Assembly: GCA_038087875.1 (NCBI GenBank)
Contig: CM075988.1
Location: forward strand, 24,306,001-24,370,000
DNA: 64,000 nt
DNA from: Malacoraja senta
Lineage: Eukaryota
Direction of reading: 5' to 3'
The notes under the pieces are model-generated. The model had not been told where the DNA came from. It ran no database searches and saw only the letters and a program-made list of their open reading frames with translations. Shown one piece after another: positions 11,871-22,695 of the stretch (position 1 is its first letter; every line of letters begins with the position of its first letter). The translations under genes and the position numbers were made by a program.

Positions 11871-12261
11871 AAAAAAAACTGAGGTCAGGTAAAGGGTGAT
11901 GATAGCTGGAAAGTTGGTATGTCCCATTTGCATAATGCTCATAAAAACTATTTGTTTTTCTCTTTCTCCTCTTTCTCTTTCTCCTTCTTTTCTAGGGTCT
12001 ATTTCTTAACTCTTTTTCTTTTGTTTTTAATTTTGTTCTTATAGGGTCTTCGTCCTTTTTTGTTGTCACACTTTCTACACTTTCACTTTTTCCTTCACTT
12101 TCTTCTTTCTTTCAATCTTATCCTTTCCTTTTACTAGTGTAAAAAACAAACGGAGTACATTAATTGTAAGAAGATATAAGTGACGAATACTAATGTATGT
12201 GGTTGTAATGTAATGTACTTCTAATAAATAAAAAATAAAAAAATAAAAAAATGAAAAAAAA

Positions 12262-12567
12262 AGCTTAGTTTAGTTGAGTTTAGAGACACAGCAAATAAGC
12301 AGGCCCATCAGCCCACCGTGGCCTCTTGGACTAGTTCCAGTTCTATCCTACACATTAGTGACAATTTTACCATTTCTATCGAGGACAATTAGCCTCCAAA
12401 CCTGCACTTGTTTGAAGAGTGGGAGGAGACCAGAGCACCCGGAGGAAACCCACGCGGTCACGGGGAGAGCGTACAAATTCTGTATAGACAGCACCCGGAG
12501 TCAGGATCGAACCCGGGTCTCTGGCGCTGTACGGCAGCAACTCTACCGCTGCGCCACCGTGCCGCCA
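12262..12567 (-). mobile_element. HE1-type V-SINE whose tail received the L1 insertion
   Basis: Reverse complement of SINE head and core; TTTAG-like tail continues at ~8110-8133. Confidence 0.85.
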
Positions 12568-12629
12568 TAATTCTTAAAGTATCAGATGAGGAGTTTAATC
12601 GCAGGCAAAGCTTTGTTTAAAAAAAACAA

Positions 12630-12835
12630 CAAACTTGCATTAGTGCAACATTTTATTCAACATCTGAACCCACAAGCGCTTTATAATAAATCAACTTTAT
12701 TCAAAGAGCATTCACTGTTATAATGCAGGAAAAGGGACAGTTAATTTTTATAAACCATGATCAAACAAACAACTAATCAACAGATAATCGTTTTTTAATG
12801 TTGTTGACTAAGGGAAATAGCTGGATCCAATAACA
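12630..12835 (-). mobile_element. Ancient DeuSINE (AmnSINE1/SacSINE1-like) remnant
   Basis: AACTTGCATT..CAAGCGCTTT..TCACTGTTATAATGCAGGAAA..CAGATAATCG..TGTTGTTGA resembles the recalled consensus; highly diverged. Confidence 0.5.
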
Positions 12836-13073
12836 CAAAAAGATGTCATAAAGGGATGAGAAAAATAAACTGAGAATATAATGTCAACCATAACTGGATA
12901 TATTGAATAGACTAAATCGAATAAATTGGACATCAGATGCCAAGAAATTCTCTCCATAAACATTATGTGGATTCATCTTTCAGATCGAGTGGTGGTGATA
13001 GTAACCCATGGAACTATTGAAGTGATAGCAAGGTGCGGCGTTAAAGACAATGGTGCAACAGTATTTCTCTGGA

Positions 13074-13320
13074 AATAGACAATAGGTGCAGGAGTAGGCC
13101 ATTCGGCCCTTCAAGCCAGCACCGCCATTCAATGTGATCATGGCTGATCATCCACAATCAGTACCCCATTCCAGCCTTCTCCCCATATCCCCTGACTCCG
13201 CTATCTTTAAGAGCCCTATCAAGCTCTCTCTTGAAAGTATCCTGAGAACCGGCCTCCACCGCCCTCTGAGGCAGAGAATTCCACAGACTCACAACTCTCT
13301 GTGTGAAAAAGTATTTCCAC
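13074..13320 (-). mobile_element. HER1/CR1 3' end
   Basis: FFTQRVVSLWNSLPQ..GYGEKAG plus 3' UTR. Confidence 0.85.
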
Positions 13321-13842
13321 ATATGAATGAATCGGCTATGAATATTAATTAATCGGCTCGCATGGTTTCCCCCATTCGCAAGAATTGATGGTGATCTTGT
13401 CACTCTATGAAAACCACAGGTTGAGAAAGCTCGAAGGTAGACACAAAATGCTGGAGTAACTCATCGGGACAGGCAGCATCTCTGGAGAGAAGGAACGGGT
13501 GACGTTTCGGGTCGAGTCCTCGTCTGCTTCCAGAGTCTCGGAGAAAGCTCAGTGTGGTGAATTCTGGATCACCCTATGGTATTGAACAAAGCACTATCGC
13601 CTGCAGAATTAAGCTAGGACTGGGGAAATCAGCCAAACATACAAATATAAAACACGGATTTGAAGCAAAGAGATTGTTTTAGTTCAATTAACAGATTAAT
13701 TTTTGTTGAAAAATGAAAATTATTTCTTATTATTCTGCCTGGCAGTGTCTATTGCAATGGGATTGGCTGCCTGTTGTTGGGGTTTTGAGCAGCATCTTAA
13801 GCTTGAGAACAATTGCATGCATAATGTGGTTGTGTTATATCG

Positions 13843-14142
13843 GGCAGCACGGTGGCGCAGCGGTAGAGTTGCTGCCTTACAGCGCCAGAGACCCGGGTTC
13901 CATCCTGACTACGGGTGCTTGTCTGTGCGGAGTTTGTACGTTCTCCCTGTGACCTGCGTGGGTTTTCTCCAGGTGTTCCGGTTTCCTCCCACACTCCAAA
14001 GACGTACAGGTTGGTAGGTAAAACGGCTTGCTGAAATTGTAAATTGTCCCTTGTGTGTGTAGGATAGTGTAGTGGTCAGTGCGAGCTCGGTGGGTTGAAG
14101 GGCCTGTTTCCCCGCTGTATCTCTAAACAAGACAAAACTAAA
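13843..14142 (+). mobile_element. HE1-type V-SINE
   Basis: Head, core and tail match the other copies. Confidence 0.88.
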
Positions 14143-14783
14143 ATATGAAAATATTTTCAGGGCATTGCTTGGTCACTGGATTGTAATCTCCCATTGGCTT
14201 TGTTAACTCCTGGCAGCTGGGCCTTCTCCTTCTGTGGCATCAGATTTCAGTAGTTGAGTCCGTTCTTTGTCCTGTACATTTGCTACATTTACTCATTTTA
14301 CCTTTACACCATGGCCATTGTCTGTTGATGGTAGCCCCGTCTGCTTTGGCAGTGTCGTGTTGTTTGTAGACTCGGGGACCGTAACATCGGGAGCTCGCAG
14401 GTCCCAGGTTGGTGACCGGTTCTCCGGAGCTCCCGCAACAACAGCTTCGTCTGCTGCACTGGAGGGCGGCAGCTTCGTCCGCCCTGGGCCGCGGAGTTTG
14501 AACCGGCCCATTCGCGGAGCTCGGATTCGGCTGCAGGACTTATCATCACCCGGCGGGGTCACATCGGAAGCCTGGATCGCCTCAACGCAGGAGGGAGAAC
14601 AAGGAGGGAAGAGACAAGGACTTTAAGACTTTTGCCTTCCATCACAGTGAGGAGGGCCTGGTAGATTCACTGTGGTGGATGTTAAATCTGTGTTTATTGT
14701 GTGTTCTGTTATTTTATTCTATGTTATGACTGCAAGGTTCATAATTTCGTTCAGACTGAAAATTCTGAATGACAATAAAGGAT

Positions 14784-14882
14784 CAGATCTGAAGAAGGGT
14801 TTCGGCCCGAAACGTTGCCTATTTCCTTCGCTCCATAGATGCTGCTGCACCCGCTGAGTTTCTCCAGCATTTTTGTGTACCC
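14784..14882 (+). mobile_element. 99-bp Penelope-derived hammerhead unit with 14-bp TSD
   Basis: TGACAATAAAGGAT duplicated at 14770-14783 and 14883-14896; intact core CTGAAGA-A-GGGT-TTCG-GCCC-GAAAC-GTT starting at 14789. Confidence 0.85.
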
Positions 14883-14927
14883 TGACAATAAAGGATACTT
14901 TGACTTTGAATGCACTAACCTGGCTAA

Positions 14928-15122
14928 TGGGCCTGTCCCTCTTAGGTGATTGTTTGGGCGTCTACAGGCGACTGCCGCAAAACTTTCAAGATGTTGAAAA
15001 ATTTTCGCCGACAATGGCGACAATTTTTGTGGTTGTAGGTTGTCGCCAGGTGTCGTAGGTGAATTCCATTAAAGCAAGTCCCAGGCAGTCGCCTAAAGAG
15101 TCGCTGAGGTGGGACAGGTCCA
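14928..15122. mobile_element. PIF/Harbinger-type MITE
   Basis: TIR TGGGCCTGTCCC / GGGACAGGTCCA; TAA on both sides. Confidence 0.8.
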
Positions 15123-15306
15123 TAAGCGCTTGAGAAGAGTGGGAGAACAAAGCAGACAAGATGAGATGAAGCAGTGAGTGAGTCACGAGGAAGCTGTCGA
15201 AGTAGAGTGCTGAAAAGCAGAGGAAGCAGAGAAACGGAGGAATATAGAGGGTAGGTGGCGGGGGGGGGGATATATTAATGGAAATATAAGGGAATGAGGT
15301 GCGGCA

Positions 15307-15900
15307 AGGTCATAAGTGATTGGAGTAGAATGAGGCCATTCGGCCCATCAACTCTTCTCCGCCACGCAATCATGGCTGATCCGTCTCTCCGTCCTAACCG
15401 CATTCCACTGCCTTTTCCCCATAACCTCTGATACCCGTACTAATCAAGAATCTGTCTATCTCTGCCTTAAAATTATCCACTGACTTGGCCTCCACAGCCT
15501 TCGGTGGCAAAGAATTCCACAGATTCACCACCCTCTGACTAAAGACATTTCTCAACTCCTTCCTAAAAGAGCGTCCTTTAATTCTGAGGCTATGACCTAG
15601 TCCTAGACTCTCCCAAGGGGTGGAGTTGCTGCCTTACTGCACTGGAGACCTGGGTTTGATCCTGACTATGGCTGCTGTCTGTACGGAGTTTGTATGTTCT
15701 CCCTGACACCACCTGGGTTTTCCCTGGCTGCTCCAGTTACCTCCCACATTCCAAAGACGTGCAGGTTTGTTGGTGAATTGCCTTCGGTAAAGATTGCAAA
15801 TTGTCCCTCGTGGGTAGGACAGTGTTAGTGTACGGGGATCGCTGGTCAGCACGAACATAGTGGGCCGAAGGGCCTGTTTCTGTGCTGCATCTCTAACCTA
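15307..15900. mobile_element. CR1 3' fragment (minus, ~15307-15615) abutting an HE1-type SINE (plus, ~15620-15900)
   Basis: Similarity to the other copies in the window. Confidence 0.8.
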
Positions 15901-16432
15901 AAAAAATTAAACAATGAATATCATTGAGCAGAATACACAGCTGAATTTAGGGAAAGCCTTTCTTGCAGAGAATCTGTCCAAGTGTTTAAGGAGGACAAGA
16001 GATGCATAAAGACGCTGAGCCAGAGAGTTGGATAGGCATTCAAGGTAATAAATCTGTCAGTGTACAAGCAATATTTGCATGAATAAGCCATGTTTCCTCA
16101 CTACTAAACACGCCAACTTTCAGATGCTTTATTGTTTCCAACAGCTTTGGAGTTTACTGAATGCATAAACAAACTTTCATCAAAATTTCATGATGTGAGT
16201 TTTAAGGAGCTCTTTTGGACAGTGGTGTGATTAATCGCAGAATTATCTCCATGGGACGTCTCGCTGGAATACCAGTGAGGGTTTCAGTCCTAATGTTGAA
16301 GAGACTCACAGACAAGGTTCTGTTGTTGATAACAATCTGTTGACTTTTCTGTTCTATCCGGCTCATTTCTTGCTTTCGAGTTTCATCGATGGTATATTGA
16401 AGCTTTTCACTGTACCGAACTGAACTGTTTTA

Positions 16433-16876
16433 TGGGCATGCAAATTTTTAAAGGGCCTGTCCCATTTGGCGATTTTTTTCGGCGACTGCCGGCGTCATTG
16501 ACTGATGTATCAGGGTCGCCGAAAGATTTTGAACATTTCAAAATCCAGCGGCGACAAAAAAAATGTTGCGACACTTGAGGAATCACCGCGCGTCAATACA
16601 TCATCACGCTGCGTCAAGCTGCGACTTTATCGGTGACCTGATACGTCGGTCAATGATGCCGGCAGTCGCCGAAAAAATCGCCAAGTGGGACAGGCCCTTT
16701 AGGCGACTGCCAGCGACTAGTTTGAAAGGAATTTACCTCTGCCACCTGGCGACAACCTACGACAACCTATGACAGCAAAATGGTCGCCATTGTCGCTGAA
16801 AATTTTTCAACATCTTGAAAATTTTGCGGCAGTCGCCTGTAGTCGCCCACAAAATTGCCTAAGTGTGACAGGCCCA
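16433..16876. mobile_element. Harbinger-type MITE with a second MITE nested at 16452-16698
   Basis: Outer element is related to 14928-15122; inner has a long TIR AGGGCCTGTCCCA(T/C)TTGGCGATTTTTTTCGGCGACTGCCGGC. Confidence 0.8.
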
Positions 16877-17167
16877 TAAGAGATGGAATTTATCTGGATG
16901 TTTGACAGCGCTATGGTTCTGCCCCTCCCAAACCAGCCCCCATCTTTCCCCACCGTTGTGACGGTTCAGGTTGAAACAGATGATTTGCCTTTGGATCTAT
17001 CCAACTCTGAACTAATCTCATGACAATCCATGACAATCCAAAACCAAACACTGGTTGCTTCCACCTACCCAACATGGAAGCCCCATCCCTCCTCCAACCG
17101 CCCCACCACATCTCCTGTGCTGATACCCCCATCTGTAGCGGTATTAGCGGCACACTGCACTGATTAG

Positions 17168-17470
17168 GGGCGGCACAGTGGTGCAGCTTGTAGAGGTTCA
17201 ATCCCGACCTCTGGTGCTGTCTGTGTGGAGTTTGCACGTTCTCCTTGTGACCCTGATGGTTTTCTCCGGGTGCTCCGGTTTCCTCCCACACTCCAAAGTC
17301 ATGCAGGTTTGTAGGTTGATTGGCCCCTGTAAAATTGCTCCCAGTGTGCAGGGAGTGGGAAAGTGGGATAAGATAGAACTAGTGTAAACGGATAATCGAT
17401 GGTCAGCATGGACTCGGGGTGTGGGGGGTAGGAAGGTTGGGCTGATGAACCTGTTTCCACTCTGTAAGAC
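17168..17470 (+). mobile_element. Diverged HE1-type SINE
   Basis: V-SINE core is recognisable. Confidence 0.7.
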
Positions 17471-18099
17471 TCGATGACTCTCTGACTCTTTACACCTGAC
17501 TCTAAATGTTACCTGTTCTCCGATTGCCCAGTCCACTTTAGCCAACTCCATCCCTGCTCCTTTGTAATTTTCCTTCTTTAAGTTCAGAACCATTGTTTCA
17601 GACACATGTTTTCAGTCTGAAACTGAATGCTAAGTTCTGTCATGCTATGATTATTACTTGCAGGGACTCAATCTGCCTGAAGTTTAAAGTTACCCATGAT
17701 CAATGTCACCAGCCTCCATTATTCCTTGATTAATTTTCCTTCTTGCAGAGTGACTGCTGTTTGAGGAACTACTGTATTCAATTCGACAATTCTCTTCGTT
17801 TTTTTTTTTACCTCCCCAAATGGATTTTAAATCTTCTAGGCCTAGATGGTCTCTCACAACTGTTCCTATTCCACCTCTTAATAGCTGAGCTATCTCATCA
17901 TCTTTTCATTCCGCCTATTCTTCTTAAAAGTCAAATATTTCTGAATATTGAATTCCTAGTTTTCATCTCCATGCAATGACACCTCTGCATCGGTTTTGAG
18001 ATTACACCTATTCATCTTTATGAGTGCTGTTCGTTTATTGATTTTAGATACCGCGTGGATAGATGTACAGCATTTAATGGTGTCTTTAGACTTACCTCA

Positions 18100-18410
18100 G
18101 GCTTTAGACTTTAGAGATACACTGCGGAAACTAACCCTTTAGCTCACCTAGTTTGCGCTGACCAGTGATCACCCCGTACTGGAGCACTATCTTACACACG
18201 AGGGAGAATTCACAATTTTTTAAACTGAAACTAATTAACCTACAAACCTTTACGTCTTTGGAGTGTGGGAGGAAACCGGAGCACCCGGAGAAAACCCACG
18301 CGGTCACGAGGGGAACGTACAAACTCCGCGCAGGCAGCATCCGTGATCGGGATCGATCCTGGGTCTCTGGCGCTGTAAGGCAGCAACTCCATCGCTGCGC
18401 CACCGTGCCG
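18100..18410 (-). mobile_element. HE1-type V-SINE
   Basis: Reverse complement of head and core. Confidence 0.85.
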
Positions 18411-18758
18411 CTCAAATGTAAAGTATAGTGGGAGGAATAGGACATCTGACCCTTTGAACCTGATCCGCCATTCATCAAGGTCATGGCTGGTCTTCCGCCT
18501 CAGAAGGACGGAGCCGCGGCTCGAGAGGCTAACAGGGGCTAAGAGGTAGGCCACGCACTGCAAGGGAGCAGTGGAACAGACAGAAAGAGCGGACGGAATT
18601 ACCACTAGACAGCCAAACCAGTAGGTAATTTACGGCTGGGGTAAGTACTTTCCCATTTATAAGAGGTAGGATTATATAAATTATATAAATAAGGGGTGTT
18701 TTAATACAGTAATCCGGGTAGGGGATTCTTAATAGGACCAGTTAATTACTTATATAAG

Positions 18759-19712
18759 ATGGGCGGCCAGGAGATGTGCCAATACTGTGAGATGTGGGAA
18801 ATTGTCGACACCATTGATGTAGATGATCCCTACAGCTGCAGTAAGTGTTTGAGGCTAGCGGAACTCGAGCTCCGCATTGATGAGCTGGAGACCCAACTTC
18901 ATACGCTGCGGTGCATCAGGGAGGGGGAGTATTACCTGGATGTTTTGTGCCAGGGGATGGTCACACCGACCAGTTTAACTAATTCAGTAGTTAGTGAGCA
19001 GGGAAAGGAAGGTGTGGCCATAAGCGAGGCAGGTAGGGGGAACCAGGAGGAGATGCGGCAGGAGCCACAGCCCTTGTCCCTGACGAGCATGACCGAGGCT
19101 CTTACTCAATGTGAGGACGGGATCAGGGGCTGTGGGAGGGATGAGCAACCTGGCTGCAGCACCGTGGATCAGGGGGCCATTCAAGAGGGGGGAGTTAGAA
19201 GAAATGCCGTTGTGATAGGGGATAGTATTATTCGGGGGGTAGATAAGGTTCTCTGCGGCCAGCAGAACATGTCCCGAAGGCTGTGTTGCCTACCCGGTGC
19301 TAGGGTTAAGGATATCTCTGCGATGCTGGAGAGAAATTTGCAGAGTGAGGGGGAGGATCCAGTGGTCGTGGTCCATGTGGGGACCAATGACATAGGAAGG
19401 ACGAGGAAGGAGGATCTGCTGAACGAGTTTGAGCAGTTAGGGAATAAATTAAAAAGCAGAACCTCGAGGGTACTGATCTCCGGATTGCTACCTGAGCCAC
19501 GGGCCAAATCGGCGAGGGTACGAAAAATTAAAAAGCTGAATGCGTGGCTCAAAGACTGGTGTGGGAAAAATGGGTTTGGTTTCTTGGGCCACTGGCACCA
19601 GTACTGGGACAGGGGGGATCTGTTCTGTAAGGACGGACTTCACCTGAACGGTGCTGGGACTGGGGTCCTGGCAAATCATATAACTAGGGCAGTAGAGAGG
19701 TCTTTAAACTAA
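18759..19712 (+). CDS. CR1 ORF1p: Cys-rich zinc finger, leucine zipper and SGNH esterase
   Basis: CQYC..CSKC, LAELELRIDELETQL, then GDS, PGA, GTND and DGLH blocks. Confidence 0.92.
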   Translation: MGGQEMCQYCEMWEIVDTIDVDDPYSCSKCLRLAELELRIDELETQLHTLRCIREGEYYLDVLCQGMVTPTSLTNSVVSEQGKEGVAISEAGRGNQEEMRQEPQPLSLTSMTEALTQCEDGIRGCGRDEQPGCSTVDQGAIQEGGVRRNAVVIGDSIIRGVDKVLCGQQNMSRRLCCLPGARVKDISAMLERNLQSEGEDPVVVVHVGTNDIGRTRKEDLLNEFEQLGNKLKSRTSRVLISGLLPEPRAKSARVRKIKKLNAWLKDWCGKNGFGFLGHWHQYWDRGDLFCKDGLHLNGAGTGVLANHITRAVERSLN

Positions 19713-19800
19713 GTAGCGGGGGGAGGTATTAAGGGGGGTAATAACGGCAGGGGTAGAGGAAATAGAGCAGGGTATCAGTGGGGAAACGGAAAATCAAAAT

Positions 19801-22695
19801 GTGACAGGAGGATCCAGAATGTGTGAAGATAAAGCTCTAGATGTAAAAGGGGCAAAAACAGAAAGGAAGGGTAGTAAAAATCATCTGAAAGTGCTGTATC
19901 TAAATGCACGGAGTATTCGAAATAAGATAAATGAATTAACGGTGCAATTAAGTATATATAGTTATGATATCGTGGCCATTACGGAGACATGGCTGCAAGG
20001 GGATCAGGATTGGGAGTTAAATATAGAGGGGTAGTCGACAATTAGAAAAGATAGACAGGAAAGAAAGGGAGGAGGGGTGGCCCTTTTAATAAGGGAGGGA
20101 ATAACGGCAATAGAGAGGAAGGATATTGCGTTGAAGGATCAGGATAGTGAAACAGCTTGGGTACAGATAGAGAATAACAAGGGAAAAAAAACACTAGTGG
20201 GTGTAATTTATAGACCTCCAAATAGCTGTGACGCTGTTAGTCAGAACATAAATCTGCAAATAGTTGACGCATGTAAAAAGGGAACTGCTGTAATCATGGG
20301 GGACTTCAATTTTCATATTAATTGGGCAAACCAAACTGGGCAGGGTAGACTAGAGGAAGAGTTTATAGAATGTATTAGAGACGGGTTCCTAGAACAGTAT
20401 GTCACAGAACCGACAAGGAGGGAGGCAATCTTGGATCTGGTCCTGTGTAATGAAGCAGGATTAATTAAAAATGTCATAGTTAGGGACTCGTTGGGAACAA
20501 GTGACCACAATATGGTCGAATTCCATATTCAAATAGAAGGGGAGCAGGTTGAAACTCAGGCTAGGGTACTTAGTCTAAATAAGGGGGATTATGAAGGTAT
20601 GAGGACTGAGCTGATCAAAGTTGACTGGGATAGCAGACTCAAGAATAAGACGGTACATGAGCAGTGGTGTACGTTTAAGGATCTACTGTATAACCTTCAA
20701 GAAAAATTTATTCCTATGAAGAAAAAAAGGGGTAAGGGAAAGAACAGTCAGCCATGGCTCAGTAAAACTATAAAGGATAGTATTCGGCTGAAGGCAAGGG
20801 CATATAAGGTAGCCAGAGATAGTGGGAGGGTAGAGGATTGGGAAGCATTTAAAGGTCAGCAAAAAATAACTAAGAGATTAATTAAGACGGGGAAAATAGA
20901 CTATGAAAGGAATTTAGCGAACAACATAAAAACTAATAGTAAGAGTTTTTATAGCTATATAAAAAGAAAAAGGGTGGCTAAGGTGAACGTTGGTCCATTG
21001 GAGGGTGAGACTGGAGAGTTGTTGGTGGGGAACATGGAAATGGCAAAGGCATTAAACGAGTATTTTGTATCAGTCTTCACCATAGAAGACACAAAAAATA
21101 TTCCAACGCTGGATAAACAGGGGGCGGTAGGAATGGAGGAGCTAAATACTATTAAGATCACCAAGGAGGTGGTATTAGGGAAATTAATGAGACTGAAGGA
21201 GGATAAATCCCCTGGGCCTGATGGATTACATCCAAGGGTCTTGAGGGAGATAGCGGTGGGGATTGTGGATGCATTGGTGATAATTTTCCAAAACTCCCTG
21301 GAGGCAGGAACGGTCCCAGTGGATTGGAAAATGGCCAATGTAACACCTATATTTAAAAAAGGAAGTAAACAGAAGGCGGGTAACTATAGACCGGTTAGTC
21401 TAACATCGGTGGTGGGTAAAATGTTAGAGACAATTATTAAAGAAACACTAACGGGGCACTTGGATAAACATGACTTCATCGGACAGAACCAGCATGGTTT
21501 TGTGAAGGGGAAGTCCTGTTTAACGAATCTGCTCGAATTCTTTGAGGAAGTAACAACCCGGGTGGATAAAGGGGAACCGGTGGATGTGGTATACTTGGAC
21601 TTCCAAAAGGCTTTTGACAAGGTGCCACATAAGAGACTATTGCTAAAAATAAAAAATTATGGGATTGGGGGTAATATATTAGCATGGGTAGAGGATTGGC
21701 TAACAAATAGGAAGCAGAGAGTGGGGATAAATGGTTCATACTCGGGATGGCAACCGGTAACTAGTGGGGTTCCGCAAGGGTCGGTGCTGGGACCCCAGTT
21801 GTTCACAATTTATATAAATGATTTGGAGGAGGGAACCAAGTGTAATATATCAAAATTTGCGGACGATACAAAAATGGGAGGAAAAGTAGGGGATGAGGAG
21901 GATAGGAAGAGTCTGCAAAAGGATATAGATAAGCTAGGTGAGTGGGCAACAACTTGGCAGATGAAATTTAATACTAATAAATGTGAAGTCATTCACTTTG
22001 GGAAAAAAAATGATAGGGCAAGTTATTTTCTAAATGAGGTGGAGCTGCGTTGTAATGCAACGCAAAGGGATCTAGGGGTAGTAGTACATGAATCACTAAA
22101 AGTTAGTATGCAGGTGCAGCAAGCAATCAGGAAGGCCAATGGAGTTTTGGCCTTTATTGCTAGGGGGATTGAGTATAAAAACACGGAGGTCTTGCTGCAG
22201 CTGTACACAGTATTAGTGAGACCACATTTGGAATACTGTGTACAGTTCTGGGGTCCATACTTAAGAAAGGATGTACTGGCCCTGGAGGCAGTGCAGCGAA
22301 GGTTTACAAGATTAATTCCTGCAATGAGGGGATTGACATATGAGGAAAGGTTAAGTAGGCTGGAACTCTACTCTTTGGAGTTTAGAAGAATGAGAGGCGA
22401 TCTCATTGAAACATATAAGATCGTGAGGGGCCTTGATCGGGTGGATGCACCGAGGATGTTCCCAATGATCGGGGAAACTAGAACTAGGGGACATAGTTGT
22501 AGAATAAGAGGGGGCTCTTTTAAAACTGAGATGAGGAAGAACTTCTTCACCCAGAGGGTGGTTAATTTATGGAATTCACTGCCCCAGGGAGCAGTGGAAG
22601 CAGAAACATTAAATATATTTAAGTCTAAAATAGATGGTTTTTTAGCTGCCAAGGGGATAAGGGGCTACGGGGAGAGGGCAGGGATATGGACCTAG
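19801..22695 (+). pseudogene. CR1 ORF2 (APE endonuclease plus reverse transcriptase) with a single in-frame TAG at 20032-20034
   Basis: YLNARSIRNK, ITETW, YRPP, GDFN, SDH, PGPDG, YRPVSLTS, LDFQKAFD, GVPQGSVLGP, FADD; ORFs 19801-20034 and 20077-22695 share one frame. Confidence 0.93.

Larger units (their letters stand above)
8134..12261 (+). mobile_element. L1/Tx1-type LINE with internal deletion of most of ORF2
   Basis: 5' UTR, ORF1, spacer, ORF2 C-terminus only, T-rich 3' UTR, AATAAA plus A-rich tail; TSD AGCTTAG at 8127-8133 and 12262-12268. Confidence 0.85.

Noticed and set aside
20032..20034. Programmed read-through or recoding of the TAG in CR1 ORF2
   Set aside because: It falls inside the endonuclease domain where Tyr is typical; a point mutation or base-call error is simpler
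20313..22652. Antisense ORFs over CR1 ORF2 and other LINEs
   Set aside because: They are shadow ORFs from codon bias on the sense strand
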